This document shows positions 30,881 to 34,801 of a stretch of 34,801 nt of DNA, piece after piece. The notes beneath the pieces were generated by a model, which had not been told where the DNA came from, searched no databases, and worked only from the letters and a program-made list of their open reading frames with translations. The stretch covers positions 1-34,801 of the forward strand of contig JAGGUF010000079.1 of the NCBI GenBank assembly GCA_021158595.1. Direction: 5' to 3'. A program made the position numbers and the translations under genes. The stretch comes from a bacterium (GTDB lineage: Bacteria > Patescibacteriota > Minisyncoccia > Minisyncoccales > GCA-002788555). How positions within the stretch are numbered: the first letter of the stretch is position 1; every line of letters begins with the position of its first letter.

Positions 30881-32899
30881 TTAATGGGAAATCATTTCCA
30901 AAAATTCTTTTTCTCCAATTATTTTTACTCCCAATTTTTTTGCTCGCTGAAACTTTGAACCTGGATTTTTTCCTGCTACTACAAAATCAGTTTTTCTGCT
31001 CACAGAATTGGTTGCTTTCCCTCCTAATTCTTTGACCCTTTCTTTTGCTTTATCTCTGGACATTGACTCTAACTCTCCAGTAAAGACAAATATTTTTCCT
31101 TTCAATTTCTCGCTTATTGCCTCCTTTTTCTCTTTTTTTATAACAACTCCTGCTTTTTCTAATTTTTTTAATAATTCTATGTTTGATTTGTGAGAAAACC
31201 AATTTTTAATTTCTTTAGCCGCCTTTGGGCCAACTCCTTCAATTTCTTCTATTTCTTGCTGAGAGACTTCCTGAAAGAGATTTATGAGATCTGAAATGTT
31301 TTTAATCTTCTGGCCAAAATGATTTTTGATAAGTTCGGCTGTTTCCTCTCCCACATATTTGATTCCCAAAGCAGTAATCAACCTTCCAAGAGTTATATTT
31401 TTTGCTTTTTCAATAGCCTCGACCAGATTTGAGGCTGACTTCTCAGCAAATCTCTCCAAAGGCTGAAGATCTCCTTCTTTTAAAAAGAAAATGTCAGGTG
31501 CCTGAGAAATCAATCCGGCATCCATTAACTGATCAACAATTTTAGGACCGAGCCCCTGAATATCAAATCCCTTCTTTGAAACAAAATAATAAAGTCTATT
31601 TCTCTGGCGAGCACCACAGTTCTTGTTTGAACAATAATGAGCAACCTCTCCTTCTGGTCTTATTATCTTGTGATGGCAAATCGGACATTTATCAGGCATT
31701 TTGAAAACCTTTGCATTCTTGGGGCGAAGTTCTTTAATCACTTTTACTATATGAGGAATAACATCTCCTGCCTTCTCTACAATTACGGTATCTCCGATTC
31801 TGGCATCTAATCTTTCTATTTCATCAGCATTGTGTAGGGTAGCCCTTGTCACAACTGTTCCAGCGAGATTGACAGGTTTAAGCACGGCTACGGGCGTAAC
31901 CTTTCCTGTTCTCCCTATCTGAACCAAAATATCTTTTAAGATTGTGGTTGCCTGTTTTCCTGGCCATTTGAAGGCGATCGCCCAGCGGGGTGCCTTACCA
32001 GTATAACCTAACTTATTCTGGTATTCCCTTCTATTAAGTTTTACCACTACTCCATCAATCCAATAATCCTCTTTTTCTCTTTTTTCTCTCCATTCTTTCC
32101 AATACTCAATCACCTCTTTAATATCTCGGCAATATCTAAAATTCTTATTCACCTTAAAACCAAGTGCTTTTAGTTTGTTCAATTCCTCAAATTGGGTTTT
32201 GGGAATTTCTTTTTCAGGCCAAGAAAGGTCATAAATAAAACAGTCAAGATGGCGTTCTACTGCCACCTTGGGATCAAGTTGTCGAATACCTCCAGCGGCT
32301 GCATTTCGGGGATTGGCAAAAGGAGGTTCTCCTTTTTTCTCTCTTTGTTCATTTAGTTTTCTAAAGACGCTTTTTTTCATATAAACCTCTCCCTCAACCA
32401 CCACATCAAGGTCTTTTCTCAAACGCAAAGGAATACTCTCTATGGTTTTTAGGTTTTGGGTAACATCCTCTCCAACCTTTCCATCTCCTCTAGTAGCCCC
32501 GGTGGTAAATATTCCTTTCTTATAGGTCAAAATAATGTGCATCCCATCGATTTTCAGTTCAGCGGTATAATCAACATTATTGGTATTTAGTTCTCTCTTT
32601 ATCCTCTCATCAAATTCTTTAATCTCTTGCTCATTAAAAGCATCATTAAATGACCACTGAGGAACAATGTGGCGAACCTTCTTAAATTCCTTAAGAGGCT
32701 TTCCCGCAATTCTTTGGGTAGGAGAATCAGGGGTGATAAACTCCGGATACTTCTGTTCTAACTCAAAAAGTTCATGTTTTAGAGAATCCAAAGCCGAATC
32801 AGGCATTATTGACTTATCCAAAACATGATAGGCATATCTTGCCTCCCGAATCACCTTTTTTAGTTTTTCAATTCTTTCTTTTGCCTGTTTTTTATTCAT
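30881..32899 (-). CDS. ligA: NAD-dependent DNA ligase
   Basis: It has the adenylation motif ELKIDG, the OB fold, the zinc finger CPICHHKIIRPEGEVAHYCSNKNC, HhH repeats and a C-terminal BRCT domain. The start is set at the ATG (MNKKQAKERI). The ORF track's GTG at 32914 adds 5 codons. Confidence 0.95.
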   Translation of the reverse strand: MNKKQAKERIEKLKKVIREARYAYHVLDKSIMPDSALDSLKHELFELEQKYPEFITPDSPTQRIAGKPLKEFKKVRHIVPQWSFNDAFNEQEIKEFDERIKRELNTNNVDYTAELKIDGMHIILTYKKGIFTTGATRGDGKVGEDVTQNLKTIESIPLRLRKDLDVVVEGEVYMKKSVFRKLNEQREKKGEPPFANPRNAAAGGIRQLDPKVAVERHLDCFIYDLSWPEKEIPKTQFEELNKLKALGFKVNKNFRYCRDIKEVIEYWKEWREKREKEDYWIDGVVVKLNRREYQNKLGYTGKAPRWAIAFKWPGKQATTILKDILVQIGRTGKVTPVAVLKPVNLAGTVVTRATLHNADEIERLDARIGDTVIVEKAGDVIPHIVKVIKELRPKNAKVFKMPDKCPICHHKIIRPEGEVAHYCSNKNCGARQRNRLYYFVSKKGFDIQGLGPKIVDQLMDAGLISQAPDIFFLKEGDLQPLERFAEKSASNLVEAIEKAKNITLGRLITALGIKYVGEETAELIKNHFGQKIKNISDLINLFQEVSQQEIEEIEGVGPKAAKEIKNWFSHKSNIELLKKLEKAGVVIKKEKKEAISEKLKGKIFVFTGELESMSRDKAKERVKELGGKATNSVSRKTDFVVAGKNPGSKFQRAKKLGVKIIGEKEFLEMISH

Positions 32900-32931
32900 A
32901 GTTTCACGGTTCACGCTTCACGCGAAGTGAG

Positions 32932-33402
32932 TTAATACTCTCGGGATTTTATTCGAACCACATTGGGAGTGGCACCAGTATACTCCCCTTTTGAATCGAT
33001 ACAATAATTACCAGCATCACAAGTCTCTCCCCCTGCCCAATCCGGTCTTGTCCCTCCACTTGGAGTAATAACTACAGTATAAAATGCTCCATTGCTTAAG
33101 GGATTACGATCAGCATCAACATTTCCGCATGAATCACAATTACTACTGTCTTTATCTATAGTACACTGACTTGTAGGATTACTTTTTCTTGCACAATACA
33201 TTCCTCTTTCTACTCCTGCATCGGCCGCATAGTATGCAATCTCTGAATACTCATTAACCTCAGCAAATTTTAGTTCCTGGGCAGTAAAACGGGTTATTAC
33301 CATACTAATTGCCCAAAATGCAGCGATAATAAAGAGAACCAAAATAAGGGAAACACCTTTATTACCTTTGCTTTTTAACTTCAAAGATCGAAGGTATTGC
33401 AT
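32932..33402 (-). CDS. PilX-N-like minor pilin / pilus assembly protein
   Basis: 156 aa. It has a basic N-terminus, then the hydrophobic helix GVSLILVLFIIAAFWAISMV, then ELKFAEVNEYSEIAYYAADAGVERG, which resembles the PilX N-terminal domain. There are six Cys in the globular part. Confidence 0.6.
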   Translation of the reverse strand: MQYLRSLKLKSKGNKGVSLILVLFIIAAFWAISMVITRFTAQELKFAEVNEYSEIAYYAADAGVERGMYCARKSNPTSQCTIDKDSSNCDSCGNVDADRNPLSNGAFYTVVITPSGGTRPDWAGGETCDAGNYCIDSKGEYTGATPNVVRIKSREY

Positions 33403-33414
33403 AATTTACATAAT

Positions 33415-34629
33415 TTATTCGATATATTCAATATGAAGAATGGGAGCATCATCAGTATTATCCCCATCACAATTATTCCAATCGCAATCAGCAGAGCAGA
33501 TTTTTCTTTCTGTATCACTATCGGAATTACTTTCTTCCCAAAAAATAACTATAGCATTTCCCGGTACCCAACCTGGTTGATTAATAATCTCTTTAATTAT
33601 ATCTTTAATATTAGGACTAGAATATTTCTTTCCCTCTTCCCACCCTTCTGAGAAATCCCATTCTACCGAGGCACTTGTTCTTGGACGACTAGCGAAAGTA
33701 TCAGCATCATCTCCACTAAAGTCATCAGCATTATCACTATTTTCTCCTATAAGAAAGGTTCTCATATTACCACTCTTTGTTAAATAAGCCTCAAAAGTGA
33801 TAATAGCATTTAAAATAGTTGCTCCTTTAGGAATAGTAATATCCCCTTCTCCGTCACCATCCTCATCAAAAAACCTCATGCCAATATCGAAAAGGTTGGT
33901 TTCATATCTTCCAACTTTTAGAAAGTCTTCCTGTGTATTGATTGAGCTACTTCGAGTAACATAGCAATCATTTTCTTTTGTTCCTTCATTATCTCTCACT
34001 CTCACATTCACTACCTTCACCTTCCCCACATATTCATTTACTAAGTCTTTTTGATCAATTGTCTTCTGAAGGGTTATTCCTGATATTCCTGTTTTTTCAT
34101 TTTTGGCTTTGGCTTTGATAACAATTGTTGTTCTCGGCTGTCTGTCATTGTTTCCCGCAATACTATCGTCAATATAAAAGGAAAGATCCTCCACTATCAC
34201 ATTAGAAGAGGTAATAGCAGGACAATCTCCTTCTTCTCCATCTGTTTTTGAAAAATCACAATTAGGTTCATCCTTGGTTTTTACCTCCAATTGGTTTTCA
34301 TTCATATCAAAGTGGTATTTCAGACAATCCTCTACATTAGAAGAGCAATCTGAACCAGGATTCTTTGAAGAAAGATTTATAACTAAGGTGGTATATTTTC
34401 CTGTTTCTTCGTTTTTATCCATCAAAGCCCTAATCCTACCCTCCTCTATATCTCTTGACATTACTTCCATCGCATATCTTATATTATCATTTACCATTTG
34501 TGTTTCAACCGCTGCTCGATGCTTGGTAACAATGGTTGAGTAAAGAGAAAGAACTACTATTGTCAAAATAGCAAAGATAGAAACAGAAGTAACAAGTTCA
34601 ATTAAAGTGAAACTTTTACATTTTAGCAT
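33415..34629 (-). CDS. Prepilin-type N-terminal cleavage/methylation domain protein with large acidic C-terminal domain
   Basis: 404 aa. MLKCKS/FTLIELVTSVSIFAILTIVVL is a type IV pilin class III signal (FTLIEL with Glu at +5), but the -1 residue is Ser rather than Gly. The C-terminal part of about 330 aa is Asp/Glu-rich with 8 Cys. Confidence 0.8.
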   Translation of the reverse strand: MLKCKSFTLIELVTSVSIFAILTIVVLSLYSTIVTKHRAAVETQMVNDNIRYAMEVMSRDIEEGRIRALMDKNEETGKYTTLVINLSSKNPGSDCSSNVEDCLKYHFDMNENQLEVKTKDEPNCDFSKTDGEEGDCPAITSSNVIVEDLSFYIDDSIAGNNDRQPRTTIVIKAKAKNEKTGISGITLQKTIDQKDLVNEYVGKVKVVNVRVRDNEGTKENDCYVTRSSSINTQEDFLKVGRYETNLFDIGMRFFDEDGDGEGDITIPKGATILNAIITFEAYLTKSGNMRTFLIGENSDNADDFSGDDADTFASRPRTSASVEWDFSEGWEEGKKYSSPNIKDIIKEIINQPGWVPGNAIVIFWEESNSDSDTERKICSADCDWNNCDGDNTDDAPILHIEYIE

Positions 34630-34662
34630 ATTAGCATTTTAACATTTTAGCATTATTTTATT
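34615..34662 (-). repeat. Tandem 8-nt units (A/T)ATG(C/T)TAA spanning the whole spacer upstream of the pilin gene
   Basis: The minus strand reads AATAAAAT, AATGCTAA, AATGTTAA, AATGCTAA, TATGCTAA, AATGTAAA. There are four good units with degenerate flanks. The real ATG (34629) is the fourth in-register ATG, and the upstream gene's stop lies in the first unit. Confidence 0.8.
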
Positions 34663-34801
34663 GATTGGAGAGAACGCCAGAGCATAGCACCAATTTCTTC
34701 AGTTAACTTTATTGCCTTTTTGTAATCTTTTTGAGTAATATAAGTTTCTTTTAAAGAAAAATATAAAAGATACTTTGATTCTTTTAAAGAACCGTAAGAA
34801 A
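34653..34801 (-). CDS. Four-helix-bundle protein (23S rRNA intervening-sequence protein family), C-terminal fragment
   Basis: This partial ORF runs off the window. SYGSLKESKYLLYFSLKETYITQKDYKKAIKLTEEIGAMLWRSLQSIK fits the family's C-terminal pattern GS-x-E...L...i-kmL--l--sl, as recalled from memory. Confidence 0.55.
   Translation of the reverse strand, partial: SYGSLKESKYLLYFSLKETYITQKDYKKAIKLTEEIGAMLWRSLQSIK

Noticed and set aside
33415-33560. The Asn/Asp-rich C-terminus of the 404-aa pilin-like protein as a diversity-generating-retroelement variable region
   Set aside because: No reverse transcriptase and no template-repeat copy of this stretch is present anywhere in the window. The idea cannot be supported from this sequence alone and is retained only as a check in the pilin finding.
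3948-34543. The many 60-126-aa ORFs antisense to or nested in large genes. Examples are 3948-4133, 4939-5142, 5028-5219, 5114-5329, 5421-5639, 5719-5973, 5955-6155, 7897-8148, 8517-8774, 9232-9612, 10371-10571, 10514-10732, 11363-11662, 11416-11628, 14531-14794, 16392-16586, 17207-17416, 17776-17967, 18252-18491, 21030-21239, 21224-21421, 22016-22252, 23916-24239, 24762-24947, 25365-25562, 25743-26000, 28690-28908, 29210-29401, 29278-29511, 31008-31193, 33397-33651 and 34274-34543
   Set aside because: Each overlaps a longer ORF that carries clear family motifs. Their translations are low-complexity (Phe/Leu/Ser/Ile-rich), typical of off-frame reading in AT-rich DNA. None has a recognisable motif.
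1-34801. Alternative genetic code (UGA recoding, as in some CPR lineages)
   Set aside because: All long housekeeping ORFs are intact under the standard code. TGA serves as the stop of proS, thrS and the PfkB kinase at positions consistent with full-length homologues.

Overview
AT-rich (about one-third G+C by eye), very gene-dense chromosomal segment using the standard code (TGA is a stop for proS and thrS). I frame 31 protein genes (26 on the minus strand, 5 on the plus strand) and 3 tRNAs. The content is core housekeeping. Envelope and division: a rhomboid protease, an S41 Ctp peptidase, an LCP ligase, mraZ, an ftsL-like gene, ftsI, mreB, mraY and a D,D-carboxypeptidase. Translation and RNA: proS, thrS, miaB, miaA, rpsP, rpmF, rnc, nusB, tRNA-Ser, tRNA-Glu and tRNA-Lys. 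Replication and repair: dnaE, rnhB and ligA. Central carbon: ppsA, pgk and a PfkB kinase. There are also two type IV pilin-like genes. Missing accessory domains, small proteins and scarce Shine-Dalgarno (SD) motifs suggest a reduced-genome, CPR/Patescibacteria-like bacterium; that lineage call is inference only. No defence island, CRISPR array, transposase or phage gene is visible. Five things stand out. (1) A dense family of non-coding elements occupies 7 intergenic loci (about 1 kb, roughly 3% of the window). Each is built from nested poly-C/poly-G hairpins plus a conserved ~25-nt terminal block, which forms terminal inverted repeats (TIRs) in three copies. The elements fill whole intergenic spacers and abut start codons. 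(2) Arrays of 8-nt units (ATGYTARN) run in register into the start codons of mraZ and of a pilin gene. Each full unit reads as an extended -10 box (TGnTAAAAT), and the last one is placed so that +1 would fall on the start codon, which suggests leaderless mRNAs. (3) A roughly 1-kb islet of higher G+C holds a GNAT gene, back-to-back promoters and a small transmembrane (TM) ORF. (4) A membrane-anchored Clp/Hsp100-like protein has a degenerate first ATPase ring. (5) ProRS has its INS editing domain replaced by a CxxC-x14-CxxC knuckle. All family calls rest on motifs read by eye, because no searches could be run.
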